NCBI GenBank assembly: GCA_002633005.1 | Contig: NMRA01000599.1 | Location: 186,001 to 249,643, forward strand | Length of the DNA stretch: 63,643 bases | Origin: Phoronis australis | Taxonomy: Eukaryota; Animalia; Phoronida | Direction of reading: 5' to 3' | Shown here: positions 1-14,223 of the stretch, one piece after another | Position numbering within the stretch: the first letter of the stretch is position 1 | Layout: each line of letters begins with the position of its first letter | The notes under the pieces: model-generated | The model's input: the letters and a program-made list of their open reading frames with translations, nothing else | Databases searched by the model: none | What the model was told of the DNA's origin: nothing | Program-made: the position numbers and the translations under genes

Positions 1-3000
1 TCATTGTAATTAACAGTCAATCTTTGAAAAAGCATTTCCTTGTTGTGTACCGCAATAAAACGGTTATTGCACATATTCCTATGAAGCACGATGCACTTTT
101 TCAGAAATGGGTTAGAATCGAATGCACTTGGGATTTTTGTCGTCGAGGAACAGCAGCAAATAATCGGAGGTGAGAATAACGCAATAAACCGCGACGGAAC
201 ATAGAAACAACATTAACCCTTACCACAGTATTTCACGGCGCCCTTATATTGACCAACTCTGTAATCAGGGTTGCAAATCTTCCTGCCTTGTGGTCCGCAC
301 GGGCGTCCTTGAACGGAGTTCTTTTCTCAAAAGAATTAAATAGCGGACTTTTCATATTGGCGCTCCGAGAGTAATGCGACTTCCGCTTGATCCCAACTCA
401 TATTCGGTGGACAGAAGTTCTATTACTACATAGTGGTTCCCGCCATTAATTTAGAAAATAACAGAGGAATAAACCAGACTGTCAGCGCCTCTCATTGTTT
501 GATTAGGTTAAATTTAACAATTTGTTTTTAGCCTTTTTAACGTCGGCTAGGATTGAAATTCTCAGTCGCAGTAGCGGATTCTTCTTCAGTATGAAATGCA
601 TGAAACATGACGATGTTTTTCATCGAACGATATTTTAAGAGGCTTGCTTTTTTGTAAGCCATCAGTACACCACACCACGCAGCAGTGGGAATTTTTAGGA
701 ACTATGATAGCAGGAAAGGTTTTTACAGAGGTTGAAACCTCCTGTCCGCATTACGTAGGATTTGTAGGTGGCGCTGAACGCCTGAACATCAAATACCCAT
801 TCGGCGTCTGGCGGGATAGTGAAGATCAATTATTAGTAAGAACTGAGCCACTGTTTATAAGCAAAAAACTACTGTGCATCAGAAAAGATTGCGTCGACGA
901 GAATGGACTGTGTTAATGAGAACGTACATGCAGACCGTGAGATAGAAAGATTGGCAGCCCTGTTGAAGACGGATTAAACGAATTGCTGGAGATGAGAAGT
1001 TGACGTCTCCCGCCAAAGAGAAAAACAAGTATCATCCACTCTTGGCCTGTATGAATCTCACTTTGCACATGCGAAATTTAATTTGGAACTGGTGCGTACC
1101 TTCATCTTTACAACTCCTCTTCTCTTTCATTGTTCATAAGGGGTAAACTAAAAGGACACATTACAATCGTTTAGTGCACCGCAAAATTAAAGCTTACGTT
1201 GACCAAATTCAGAGTTAGAAGAAAATTTTGCTGCTCCATATGACTCTAGGACTGCGTTTCGGAAACCTAAGGATTTTGCGAATAGAGCTAGTGTGATCCC
1301 GTGCTTCCGTTATAATACATGGTGACCTTGCGTTTTCTTGAGATAGCAGTACAGTAATACAAAGTGTTCTCATCCGCCATTTTGTAGCCAGCTCTTCATT
1401 CCCACTTTAGGTGTTATAAGAACGACTACGGACCGTGATGGAGGAACATCAAACATGTATGCGTTCCGTCATAAGATTGGCGACCAAGTTAATAGCATAG
1501 GAATGTACTACCAAGTCAATACTTTTATTGAAGCAGCGTCGTTTACTTGAGATCTGCTTTAAGACGGATCAAACGATCTCAACCGGGTCGCAGCCTAGCA
1601 CTTTTCTACTCGTAATGCTAAGTCCAAATGTCGCAGGCCGAGTACTCTCAAGCATCACTATTAGCACGAATTCGCAATTATGCTTGAAAACGAGGTGTTG
1701 TGTCCAAACTACAAATTGTTCTGTGTGTTTGTCACTTTCATATTAGCATTGCTAAAATTGATGCTAAAACGGGACATTTTGTTCTCAACAAAAATGCACA
1801 ACAGTCATTTCTTGCAGCGCCACCGAAAAAGTAATCAAGTAGTGATTTTTATCCGATAATGTCACCGGTCTGGAATTCAGTTAATTGTATTGAGTGGTGT
1901 ATGGAATCGTAGATTTTTTCCAACTTAGGGTCACGGCTTAGAAACGAAAGTCAACTTTAGTTAACTGCCAATGTCTTCTCTCTCTCCCCCTCCCCATCCC
2001 CCTTCTCTCCTTAAACAGTATAACAACCACCAGGGAAAGATTATAAAAGGACATGTCGCAGCGCGACTATCCCACTCCGGTGACAAATGGATTGTCTCTA
2101 AGAACTCGTTTTCGGCTATCGCTTGTTTAGAAGTGTTGAATAAACAAAGTAAATTAACGTCCTCATAGACTTGTACGAGAATAAATAGTGAATAAATTAA
2201 GTCAACCTGTCGTTCAATGATGCTATGAATTATTGCAACAATCGCGTGTCAGGAAAAAGTGGTATTTCTCTTCTACACTGGAGTTCACTGACTGCAATTC
2301 TTTTGCTGAGCATTTATCCTATTCTATGACAATAGGTTCTGTGAAGCCTCCTGGGTAATGAATTATGAGAAATTGGCTACGAAAGCTCGAAATTACCTGC
2401 GTGACCAGACGACACTTCATTGAAAATTACAACGTATGTCATTAATAAAAAATGTTTGCTGTTAGACGTGGGCTAGTGTGCGTGTGTACTGAGCGTTCGT
2501 TATGCCTCGACCATATGTCAGTGGACGCTCGGCCTATCCCGCCGATTGAGTTCTATCATGACAATTAGGCGGATTCAGGGGGTCAAGGGGTCCAGACCCC
2601 CTTTTCTCTTGATTTTAGTCTAGAATTTTCAAATTGCTGGCTTGAACCCCCCTTCTAAAAAAACTCGATCCGATCCCCTCTTTTAAAAAATCCTGATCCA
2701 CTCTGGTCCTAATGAGGCAATTTTCATCGGATCAGAAGTAGCGTTTGAGGGTTTTTGACGGCAACAGCGACATACTGTAAGGGACAAGTACAACTTTAAC
2801 CTAGCTGAAGGGCTCTCTGTGCAAATGATTGAGAATTCAAAATTTTTAGCAAATGCATGACCGACGGCATGCTGTAAAGAAGTGGGAATAGACATTTACA
2901 TTAGAGCTTACAAATCGCACAACAGTTCACGAAACAATAACTGCTTTTACAGTTCTAGCCGCCAATCCGTTTTCAACACCCCACTGGACATCGATTTTTT

Positions 3001-3429
3001 CTTAAAATTTGCTCTCCACAAATTTGAATTGAAAATGGATTTGCACACAAATGTTGCCTTCCGGGCGATTGCTTGTGAACCATCAACATGGGGGGTAAAC
3101 TTCAAACTTCAGTGGACACCGAACAATTTCCATCAATCTCTCCAACATTCAGCATAATGCAGCTGCAGGTCTGTCTTTTTGTCACCAGCTGTAGGCAGAT
3201 TACAGAATTGTCTCGAACGAGCCCCCCAATTTGGCGAATTGAGCAAAAAGGTCCGCCTCGATGAAACAAAAAGTCCGAGCAAACGAGACCAAAGTCCACA
3301 AAGCCCACATAAATTCGGCATGGATGCACAATTCGTAGGCCTTAACCTAGCGGCCCTGTTTTTTTTTGGTCCTCGTTGATTTTCCTCAGTAGAAGGTCCG
3401 CGTACCGAGAAATTCGAGCCCCCATGCGC

Positions 3430-4103
3430 ATGTAGTAGTAATAGATGTAGTACTTTCACTACCACTACCACTACTACTACTCCTACTACCACCACCGCCA
3501 CCGCCACCACCACCATAATGCACTACGAGTACTACCAGTACAACTCCGCACTACTATTCCTACTACTACTGCCACTACTACAATTTGTACTGTCACTAAA
3601 ACTATTGAGATTACTATGACAACAACCACGACCACTACCACTATTATTACTGCAACCATTAATACTATTACTGTCATTGTTAATACCACTACTACTACTA
3701 CTACCACTAGTTCTGCAACTATTGCTGGTATTAATCGATTACTATAACTATTATTATTACGTTTACAACTACTAGTAGTAGTATATTACAACAAATATTA
3801 CTACCACTACTAATAACACTAGAAGTTTTAATACTAATAGTTATAGAAATCTACTATGAGTAGCAGATTTCTATAACTATTAATACTACTTGTTGTAGCG
3901 AAAATAGTGGAATTCCTAATTATGGTAGTAGTAGTAGTAGTAAAAATAGTATTAGTAGTAGCAGTAGTTGTTGTAGTAGTAGTAGTAGTAGTAGTAGTAG
4001 TAAAATAGTAGTAGTAGTAGTAGTAATAGTAGTAGAAGTAGTGGTAGTGGTAGGAGTATTATTACTACTACTACTACTACTACCACTGCTACTACTACTA
4101 CTA

Positions 4104-4134
<31 letters not shown>

Positions 4135-4440
4135 CACTACTACTACTACTACTACTACCACTACTACCACTACTATACTAGTAGTACTATTACAGTAGTA
4201 GCATTAACACTACTACTAGTAGAAGAACTACCACTGGTAGTACTAGTGTTAGCATTAATACTGCTAGTAATAGATTATTACATCAACAACATTTACTACT
4301 ACTTCTATTACAAGTAGTAACAGTTGTAATAGTGTGCTACTAGTAGTAGTACTAGTATCAGTAGTTATATTAGTAGTAGTAGTGGTAGTGGTAGTAGTGC
4401 TGGAAGTAGTAGTGTAGTATGATAGTAGCTGTAGCTGAAG
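3430..4440. repeat. Degenerate trinucleotide microsatellite complex, (ACT)n and (AGT)n blocks in alternating orientation
   Basis: Long runs of ACT/TAC (3455-3830, 4060-4180) and AGT/GTA (3920-4055, 4340-4440); explains the poly-V/L/Y ORFs. Confidence 0.95.
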
Positions 4441-6699
4441 TATTTATTTGGTAAATCTCATATGAAATGACGCAAAAAAGACTTTTAAGTGCCTGAAATG
4501 ACCAATTTTATGTCAAAAACACGAAGAAACAACCCAACCAGACGGCCAGCTGTCAGATTAGAACACCCGCAAGCATTATCTGACGTCTGACTATAGGTTA
4601 ATTAACTGGTCTTGAGTTAAAAGCATTTATTGGTCGAAACATACGTCGTAAAATCGAGACAACCAATCACAGCAATATAGTCATCCTCCTTTGTGTTTAG
4701 TGTTTTCCCGTGGTTGTTGGCACCACGCTATGGCTCTTTTCACTTTCCCCGGACGTCGGGTAAGCGTGAATATTGCACTAGTTTGTACAAGATATCCATT
4801 TGTTGCTGGACATGACACACTGTGTTGCTGCCGGGGTACGCTCATACGTCACACTTATGTCCGTGGAGCTAAGAAACTTTCAAATGAATTCCTTTTTTCT
4901 ATTTTTTCGTTTTTTTTTGGATATTGAATTGACGATAGTGGTATGCAGTGCTATAAAGGATGTTAATGGTGGTCACAATTTTGTCAGAACATAGTAAATG
5001 GGGGTTGTAAGCACTTTTAGCTTAAGGCCCCGCGTCATCTTAACCAGGCACTGGGAAAAATTCAAGAATGGAAACAGCGTGGAAAATATTCAGCCGCCGC
5101 ACACCTGCCCTGAATTCAGTCTAAGCACCGAAGCCATTTCGCGTCAGCGAACTCTGAGATAAACGGTGTAGACATTGGCATTATGTTGAAACAAAAGTTA
5201 AACATCTGATATGTTAAAATTCACAAATTCAGAAGTTTTATTTTCATCTAAATTGTAACACCAGCACCGAGGCCGTAGAACAAACGGCACAAAATATAGT
5301 AATTGCTTCGCACTAATATTTACGCGAAATGGCCTTTGTGTCCACATAGATGTAAACACAGATTAGAGACGAGTGTTATGTGTCTAGGAAGAATTATAGG
5401 TAAACAGCCCAAGCATTAACACTGTGAAACTATTTTTTCAGTGAAATATTTATAAGAGCACCTGACAATTAAAGCATTGGGTAGTCTACGTGTAACTCGT
5501 TACATGGTATTTTCCATTGACTACTTTTCCTGGCACGCTCTGAAACTGACAATGGTTGCTATTTCTGTCGTCCACACATGCGATCTCGGGGATTTAAAAA
5601 CGTTCAACAGCTTCAGTTGTCTTCATCTTGATTCGAAATTTCACGCAACGGTCGGCAGGATGTGGTTTCTGTTACACACAAGGATGGTTGCGCCTTGAGA
5701 TTACTTCCATAAAACTGACAACAGTTGAGGCACGCGATGCGTACAAGCTATGAATGAATCACAAAGAAATAGCTGTCATACATCAAAAGGTCAATTAATT
5801 ATAATTATATTCCATTAAGTCGGGTTTTATTGATTGGAAAATATGTTTAAAATCAAATGTCGTTTCATTGTCAAGTCCGTTCTTAATTCTCAAACACCAG
5901 GGGAAACCATTGGCGAGTGCGGAATTTCTAAATCAGCGAAACAGCAGAAAGTGTTTCTAAGTACGAGTGCATTCACGGGCTAGCAATTCACGCTGGTGTG
6001 CGTAAGCTTTCAGCTACATACCGATATTTGATAGCGTGCAATGACTAAGTGTGCACCGGGACGGATTACGGTGTTATGCGTTTGGCCAATAAGGACTCGT
6101 CATGACCAAAAGCGGCAAAACATTCCACCTACAAATCATGCTTCAGCTCTGTATCACAGCTACCATTCGACAATGTTTTGTGAAACAGTGGAGTTCACAA
6201 CAATGTTATACCTGAAGCCCTTGAAAATTGAAAAGGATGAGTTGTAGCAATTTTGCCCAAAATTGGAAAGATTTTACTATACTAAATTGGATATTTTTGC
6301 CACGAAGCTGGTACAATATGTTCGTTACAAGAGCAGTCATTAGATATACATTGTACTACCCAACCAAGTTTTCCCTCATCGTCTTCTGACAGCACACAAA
6401 CGTGGATTTCCGGTGACAGTTTTAAACGTTTGTTCTTGGCTGGCTAGATTTTTGTGTTTAGGTATCAACTGAGAAGTCGCCCTAGACGACGAGCAAAGTA
6501 TAGTTGATACTCATACTTCCTTATTCAAGCCATTGTTGGTTCAACCTGCGTTCATTCCTTCGCAGCGCCCTCATGCGACAAGAGAAGCTCTGCCAAGTCA
6601 ACACCTCTCGCATCCAGCTTTTAGTGCTCGGCGCAGACACGCTCAAGAAATATCAAAGAAGATGACAAAAACTCGAAAAATCCTATCAAAAGTTAAGAT

Positions 6700-6850
6700 A
6701 TTTTTTCAGATACAAGTTCTATTTTTGATACACAAATCACTTATTTTCCCCCGTCTCACTTATGCAAGTACTTGCTGGACATCCAACAATTGCCATAGTC
6801 TGATAGCTTTACAAAAAAAAAAACAGGTTGCGCTTTTTTGCTCATAGCGA
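6700..6850 (+). mobile_element. Short degenerate CR1/L2-type LINE ORF2 fragment
   Basis: Translation LIHKSLIFPRLTYASTCW...LIALQKK resembles the post-RT 'LY.SLI.P.L.Y...W...LQ.RA' segment also seen near 51850. Confidence 0.45.
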
Positions 6851-7990
6851 GTAATTATTAAAATCTCTGAACTTCTTCTCTCTTTTGTGACTTGTTTAAA
6901 TGGTTTTGTTTTAAGTTTCATTCTAAATCTCCTAATCATCTTTACCATTATTTTTAAAAATTCCAGCAATAACGAACACGGCCTCAAACTAATGAATAAC
7001 CTTTCGAAATACAACAGGTTTATTACTAATTTGCCCCGCAGTACGTATTAATCAACGGGTCCAAATGCAACAGTACACAACTTCTGTTTCTTACAATACA
7101 ACAAATTTTGTGTTTATAGTGGCCTGGAACACGAAAACTCGAAAAAATAATTAAAAAGATCGCGGCGAATCTGCTTCTTGGGGATGCAAACATGAGAGTT
7201 ATTATTTATGAATGTTGCAAGAATTTCCAGAAAAATCGTGAGATTCACTATTTTTGAAACACAGACAAATCTAAACTCTTTGATCCCAACACAATGTTCA
7301 AAGTCTTCGCCCCTAAAAACATATATGAGCGCAAGCGTTCAAAGAAATCAGACTGGCTGCGGCCTGAAATCGCTATTGTTTTGTTTACATCAATGGTTTA
7401 AGGGCGCATTTTCCCTATGAGGGAAACGTGGTACTCTTAGTCGAGTTATACCAAATAAGGAGACTTGGTTTGCGAGTGAGAGAAAACAGAAAGAAGTGGC
7501 AAGCATTTGAAATATGTATTTTTTTAAAATTAGAAACTAAAGGAAACATGCTTTGACATCAACAGAAATTCAAAATCTTTACGAACAAACAGTAAAATAG
7601 CTGGTGAACAGTTTGTCTTCTATTTCAGTGGAGAGAACCACTTTGAATATTGCAATTTCAGTCTGTTTTTCACGGTCTGTGCCACTTAAAATTCGCACTA
7701 ACTCAATAGACGTGCTTTTGTAAGCATGTGAAGAAAATTACTTTGAATATTGATACACATGTGACCCTTACCTGAAATAATTAAATGACATGTTCAGTTT
7801 AGATTTTCATTTGCTTACTGTACTTAGCACACTAATGTATAGATCACGTGCTCTTGTCAATTTCTGTCTCATTTGAATACGTTTTTGTCGTTGTAGACTA
7901 TGAGTCTTATTTCAACGAACACTGTCTTTTTCTTTTTAAAGATGTGATTATGCTATTTCATACTTTATAACTTATTTTGAATATGTTTAA

Positions 7991-9852
7991 AGGAGAATGC
8001 CACCCGATTTAATTAGTCTTTTTACCGTCTTAATCGGTCTATATCCACGTGACCTCGTATACGGCAATCTTACATCGCCGAGAGGTGTCGCGTTAAGCTG
8101 TGAGGAAGTGCTGCTATGGTGTGGTGTATCGTTCCCGCGCTTGTGCGAACTATGAAGCTGCGAGGAAGGCGAGTTTATCATTTTTCGATTTCCTCGAGAG
8201 CCCACAATGCTTCGGAATTGGCTCGCGGTAGTGAAGAATGAAAAGTACGCCCTTAATATATACCAAGTACGAGGCCGTGAAACTTCGCCGTGTCTGTCAG
8301 TGGCCTGCATTTCGTCGGATCGGATGTTGATCAGTTTTTGATGATGGAGCATTGTAGTTGGCCATGAAAACATAAACAATCACAATTAATTCAAGGCGTG
8401 AGAACATAACGTTTTCTATAACCTGTTCGATGACTGGCTCGTTCGTGAGGCTTCTGTTTGATCCTCTGGGTGTAGGATGTTTGCGCCAGCTCTTTTTCTC
8501 AGCCGCACTCGCAAACGCAAGCGTCAGTCTTCCATTACCGTGCAGTGAGCTCATTGATACCATGGCAACTCATCCAAACCGTTTGCGGAACCATATGTAT
8601 CCATAAGTTTCGTTGTCTGTGCACGCTCACGGAGCTTCGCTATTATTTCTTGATCAGTGTATTCCGGTTCAAACTGATAGCCTGCGAAACAACAATCGAA
8701 CTGTGAAGTCTTCGTCGGATGAGCACTCGTCTAAGTCGGGATTGCGAGTTGCCACGTTGACGTGTGCGTTCTGTTTCAAAATGAGTTATTCTCACCCTAA
8801 CCAATGCTTATAAAAAACTGAAACAAAGTCTGTCTCATTAGATAAAATTTGTAATGCCTTGGAGTGTTCGTGAGTGCAACTCTTGAGAAGCCAGGCGTTC
8901 AGTTAGATGCCGGCAATAGACTCAGTAAATTGACCGGGCACCGAGGCCGTGTGAGCACATACTAATTCAGTGTTTGCTGACTGAAAGCTGTAGTGAAACA
9001 GTGAAACAATAACTCGATTTTATCTCCTATGGTCAGATGTTAGGGGAATCTTTATTTAGACATTCATATACATTATTCGAATCTTTGTTACTGTACAACT
9101 TTGGCCTTGGCGGTTCTGTGGAAGGGTACCGGTATAAAACCAAGTTCGCGGCCCCCGACGAGCTAGAAGTAGATTTGCAGTTTCGCAACTAATTCACCAA
9201 AATAATCACTTGCACATTTTTTCTTTGTCTAATTAGTATAGTCTGTTCGTGACTGGACGTTAAGTTTCCAACTTTGACTGGTTTATGTTCGTGATGTCTT
9301 AAGTCCGGCCGCGATGGGCCTGGTCTGGGTTCCGAGACAGTGGCCGGGATAGCAAGCGTTTTGCGTGTTAAGAACTGAAAAACTGAAAAAAATCGCAAAT
9401 CTAAAACTACAGCACACAGATATGTTCTCCTGTCTGTATTTCACCGGCGAATGATTTGAATTTATCACCGAACATACCCCAAACTCCCGCGACCGACCTT
9501 GGTAACTTGGCCTACTGGACTTTGTAGGCTACGGTACTTTCAAATACCTACTAAAATCCGTAACAGCGAAATAAAATAACACGTTTGTTCAATAACTCGA
9601 TGTATTTGTAAGGGTTTTAAATCGAATTTAGGTGATTTATTTGTGTAAAACGATGAATTCAAGCGATAAGCTGCCCACCAGTAAGCGTGTTGTGAAATGC
9701 TGAACAGACTGCACTCGAACCTCTGACGTTATTGGTTAATTTCAACACCTCCGTCTGCCGTCAGGTGTCAGGTAAAAGAGCTGTACTTGCTGTTATCGAG
9801 TGGAACTATTCGATCTAAATTGATACAAACTAGGCCCGGGTGGCATTCTCCT
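7991..9852. mobile_element. Non-autonomous DNA transposon, Kolobok-type
   Basis: Perfect 16-bp TIRs AGGAGAATGCCACCCG (7991-8006) / CGGGTGGCATTCTCCT (9837-9852), TTAA on both flanks (7987-7990, 9853-9856), RR...YY termini; no transposase ORF. Confidence 0.85.
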
Positions 9853-11070
9853 TTAATATTCATTTTAAATTGTCTCGGTGGTCCCTGAGCGGTTCAACGA
9901 CCACCCAGAATCACCGATTCGGTGCAATATTTTCGTCAGTTTCCGTACGAAGTTATCGTGTTCGTATATATACACAAAACGTACCGAGAGTGGCATTAGT
10001 GATGTAATATCCCACGAGACATTATTCCACGTATCGAGCGAGACCGAGGGTCGAGGTCGATACTCGGAATAATGTGTACTTCATCTACACCAATCGAGGT
10101 ACGTTTTGTATTTATCCCATACACATCAAGTTTCTTACATTTTTTCTCCAGATTTTTCAAATACTTCACTCAGATTGTTCACGTGGCGGATCACAGCCTA
10201 TGTCTATGTACTTGCGCGTTAGGTTGCAAGTTTTCTCTAAAGAAAGTTTTAAATGTAACGATTTATCACTTGAAAAGAGATAAAAAAGATGAAAGCAACG
10301 GTAACTGCAGGGGCGGATGCAGGATTTTGAGATAGTTTTACTAACCACAATCATAAGCAAGTTAATATTAATTTTTGAACTTGCTTCCGATGTTAAGCGC
10401 TTCACATAATCATCGGGTCGTATCCGGAACGAGTGGTGACTGCGTAGATGACGATCAGAGGAGGCTTGATGTTGTTCATCGGCATTGAAACCGCGTGGTC
10501 TCTAAACCATAGGGTAACACGGGAGTCTAGAAGTAAATGTCTATTCCTAGCCCAAACTATGTAACATTGAGAGAGCTCCCCAAAAGTAGTGCGGTGTGAA
10601 TGCCTTAACATCGACCAAGAAACAAAACAGCAGCAAATGGGTTTGTTATTTGCTACTTTGGTGTATTGTCTAGCATAGTATGGATAAAGTGCAGGCATTT
10701 TCAAATTTTGAATTGAAAGTGATCGTCAAATGTCTTGTTCATCAAGTGTTCACTTTGATTGTGGATTGGTGAAGTGACACGCATGCGTGTACACGTGAGT
10801 ACGTTTCCGTTCTTTAAATTCAGTACACGCCGACGGTAAGTTCAATGACTACTCTGTCGTTTCTGAAAACTCAGACATTTAGCTGCCGCGTTTTTTTTTG
10901 CACTGAGAAATCCCCGAATGTTCACGTTATTAGGTGAGTCTAGACCTAATTAAAACCTTGGTCGATGAAGAAAGTCTTCTCTTGTAAATCAATGTCAATG
11001 GTGCACAGCCTCGCAGATTAGTTACTAATACGAGCAACAACCTTGATGGAAAAGATTTCCAAGTTTACAT

Positions 11071-12160
11071 GTCCGAAGGTTCACTACTCCGAAGGTTCGC
11101 TATCTTCGAAAGTTCACTACTTTCAATGTCCAAAATTCCGAAACCAGAACTCCGACAGTTCATTGCTCTGATTTTCTACTAATGACTCAGAACCAACATG
11201 AATAAAGTATTGTATTTCTGTCCATTTAGTAACCATTTAAAGGGTGTGCAAAAGTTCAATAGTCCCAAAAATTGATTTACATTGTTTACAAAAGAGCTCA
11301 GTTCCAATCACTGACAATCGTGATTCTTGAATTTAACTAAAGACTCATTCTCAATTAGGGACAACATCTGGGGCACGGGTTCGGGATGCGGCGATCAACG
11401 GCGGTTTTAAATTTAAGAAGACTGATTGAGACTTCGTGAAGACTGCCAGGAACAGGGTAGCCTATAACTACATTTAGTTTTGATCCGGCCGTACGATTAG
11501 TTCCGGTGGGTGAGGTCGAAGCGCAGCGGCCCTAAGCGATGATGCGATCTCGACATGGGATTGATGAATCATAACCGGATTTAGAGGGCTACCGCAAGCA
11601 AAATGAAAGAGCAACAACTCGAAGCGTGAGGAAATATTGAGGTCAGTAAGAAGTACGAGCGGTATCGGATGAGGGAGGGGGGGGGTCAGACCGTAGATCG
11701 CGGGGAATCGTGTTCCCGTTTTTTTTTAGTCCACTGATAGATTTTACGAACAGGAAGTGCAGGTTTGTGCATACAATCGGGCTTTGCCCAATTCCCCGAG
11801 GCAACATGTTGGGGCCCCCCTTATGTTATCCTAGATCCGTCACTGTGAATTGTTGATAATTCATCAACATTCCTACTTCATATTCTTTTAGAAATGCAAG
11901 TACGTATTCATTTTTCCGTATTAGTAAGACATGCAGACAATTTCACATGCACATGAAATCCAAACAAAGTGATTAATTAGCTGAGTGTATTGCTGTCGAT
12001 ATAGATGCATCTAATAACCGAAGTGTCGTTTATTAATTTTTGCATGTAAAAGTATAACAGTTACACCCGAGTCAGAAATTGTAGACATTTTCGGAGTAGT
12101 GAACCTTCGGAGTGGTGAACCTTCGAAGTAGTAAACCTTCCGAATAGTGGGCTGTTCTCA
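11071..12160. mobile_element. Foldback-like non-autonomous element with inverted arrays of ~16-bp subterminal repeats
   Basis: TCCGAAGGTTCACTAC repeats at 11072-11120; inverted GTAGTGAACCTTCGGA repeats at ~12090-12150; boundaries approximate. Confidence 0.6.
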
Positions 12161-14223
12161 TTCCAAGCGATGTAAGCAACTTTTAACAAAAATACAATCA
12201 GATGAAAAATTACGTCATCATTCTCCCACTAAATATTACCGTCCCAGTATGCAATGAGGTGTAATCTCTCGTTTGAAAAGCCCGATTTGAAAATTTGGCA
12301 GGAGGTAACGCGATAACGTTAAGCTTATATTCATGGATCACATTACGTCCGAAGTCGAGGCCCTTTTTTGCGAGCAACCGTCACGATATCCTCATTTCTG
12401 GTATTACCAATTCCGTCTTATCTCAGGGAGACATGGAGCTGAGAGCCATCGTTGCCGTGGATACAGATTTCCTTTCCCCATAATCAAGATTCAAGCTCCT
12501 TACGGAAAACTCGAGTGTCGACGTCAGAAAAAGGTCCACCTTTCTAGAAATTCGAACCACCCCCGCGCAATGCTGGCTACGGGCCTGATATTTCATATTG
12601 TAGTTAGTCCTACCGAGGAATCGGAGCCTGAGTGAGTTGCAGACGACATAATATTAGCAGTTGAAAACAGAACTGTCATACCCGGTAATTAACAGTCCTG
12701 TTCTGGATGTTACGACTGAGACCTGAGTGCATGTTAAGTGTTAAATATTATGCCATTTTGGCATACATATTTTTGAATAGTTAACTGCGGGTACAAAAAC
12801 CGGGAATGTTCTAAAGTAGGACAAAAAGTCGTCAAAAAAGAATGCGTGAGTACCGGCGGAACGCTAGTGTTTGCTTAAAAAGTAAGTGCCGTTGACTGCA
12901 AGGCAATTTGACAAATATCTTCCAAACTTTTGTCTCACGGTGAGAGGAGACGGCTTTTGAGTAGTTTATTTGGCAGTTACCAATATACGCTCGGATGTAT
13001 CAGGAAACCAATGGCTTTAGCACAGCTGAAACCAGAGGAGTACATTCACTGTTTTGTCGGTGTACGATTGTCCCCACAAGTACAAGTTCATTGTTAAAAA
13101 CTTAGTACTTTATTTACGGTTTGGTATTCATTTCCTATCAAACTGAAGACATTTTTATGTTTTATCCATGCGCATTTTCCGGAATGTACGTCTTGGGCGC
13201 GTTTGTGGAAAAATCCTTATATATGCCTAGTGGGCGTATCTAAACAAGGGCCTGTCTGCAGAAAACTGCATAACTCTGCTGGCTTGATGTGCCATCAAAA
13301 ACGAGTCCATCACGATGAAAAACAATTACGTTTGCGAGATTCGCAAAATACATTGGATAACAGTCGTCACAATGGAGGTCACGAATACTAATGGTTTTAC
13401 ATCGATCTCACTCTTTTAAAATCGTTAATGCCGACTAACCAGACATTTTTATGCAACCGCTCTCATATTATTGTTATCTCTGTTCGGCGTCTCGGGTCCG
13501 GCGTTCCGCGTCCGTCCGTCGTCCGCAGCTGTTTCTCCAAAACCCCTTGCTCGATATTGGTGAAAACAGGCAGGTGTGCTGCTGTGAACATGGTCACAAA
13601 TGAAAACGACTTTCGGCAATTTTAGTGCTTTGTGTTTGTTTTTTGTCTGCTAAATCCTTTCATGGATCTTTCTGTACTTGCTGTGGAGGATTTAAGGGTA
13701 CGAGGTAACCTCGTGTATTTTTTTTTACAGGCGGGAAAGTTTAACCCCTGTAAGTACTAAACACTTACAAACCTAAAGATGTCTGAGCTTGGCCACGCGT
13801 TGAGTTAGTCAAGCGTTATGTAGCGGGTTGTCGTAAATTCGTAGTACATTTTCACTGCTTAAAGTTTTCACTGCATTGAGAATTAAATTCATTTGCTTTA
13901 TTGATTAATAGTCAGTATGCAATTATTTCGTTGGGCTTATGAACACACACCTGGATGGTCTGTCTGGAGGCACGGGTGAACACCAGAGGCTTATGTAAAT
14001 ACAGCACTCACGTCATGTCATGTCTCAAACTTTAACCGAGTGTCATTTTTAAGGCCACCTATTGAGAAAGCAACTGTTGATAAAATCATTGATTGTTTGC
14101 ATTTTGACAAAGCTGAAGTAAAACCGATCACACTCTTTTGTTTACAGGTCTGAGGAACGGTAACGAAAGATTGGCCACGATCGATGAACGGTGGCGGTGC
14201 ATTCGATTATCAAAGTTGGCATC

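Noticed and set aside
644-916. 90-aa ORF
   Set aside because: Non-ATG start, no recognisable domain and no supporting exon chain.
3133-4170. Poly-Val/Leu/Tyr ORFs
   Set aside because: Translations of the trinucleotide microsatellite.
4600-4655. Possible hammerhead (CGAAACATACGTC)
   Set aside because: No CUGANGA box or stem II upstream.
11072-11120. CRISPR-like repeats
   Set aside because: Units are contiguous without unique spacers, the context is eukaryotic and no cas genes are present; the same applies to the 150-bp arrays.
14191-14223. GPCR N-terminal extension from the ORF track
   Set aside because: Starts at GTG; the first in-frame ATG is 14224.
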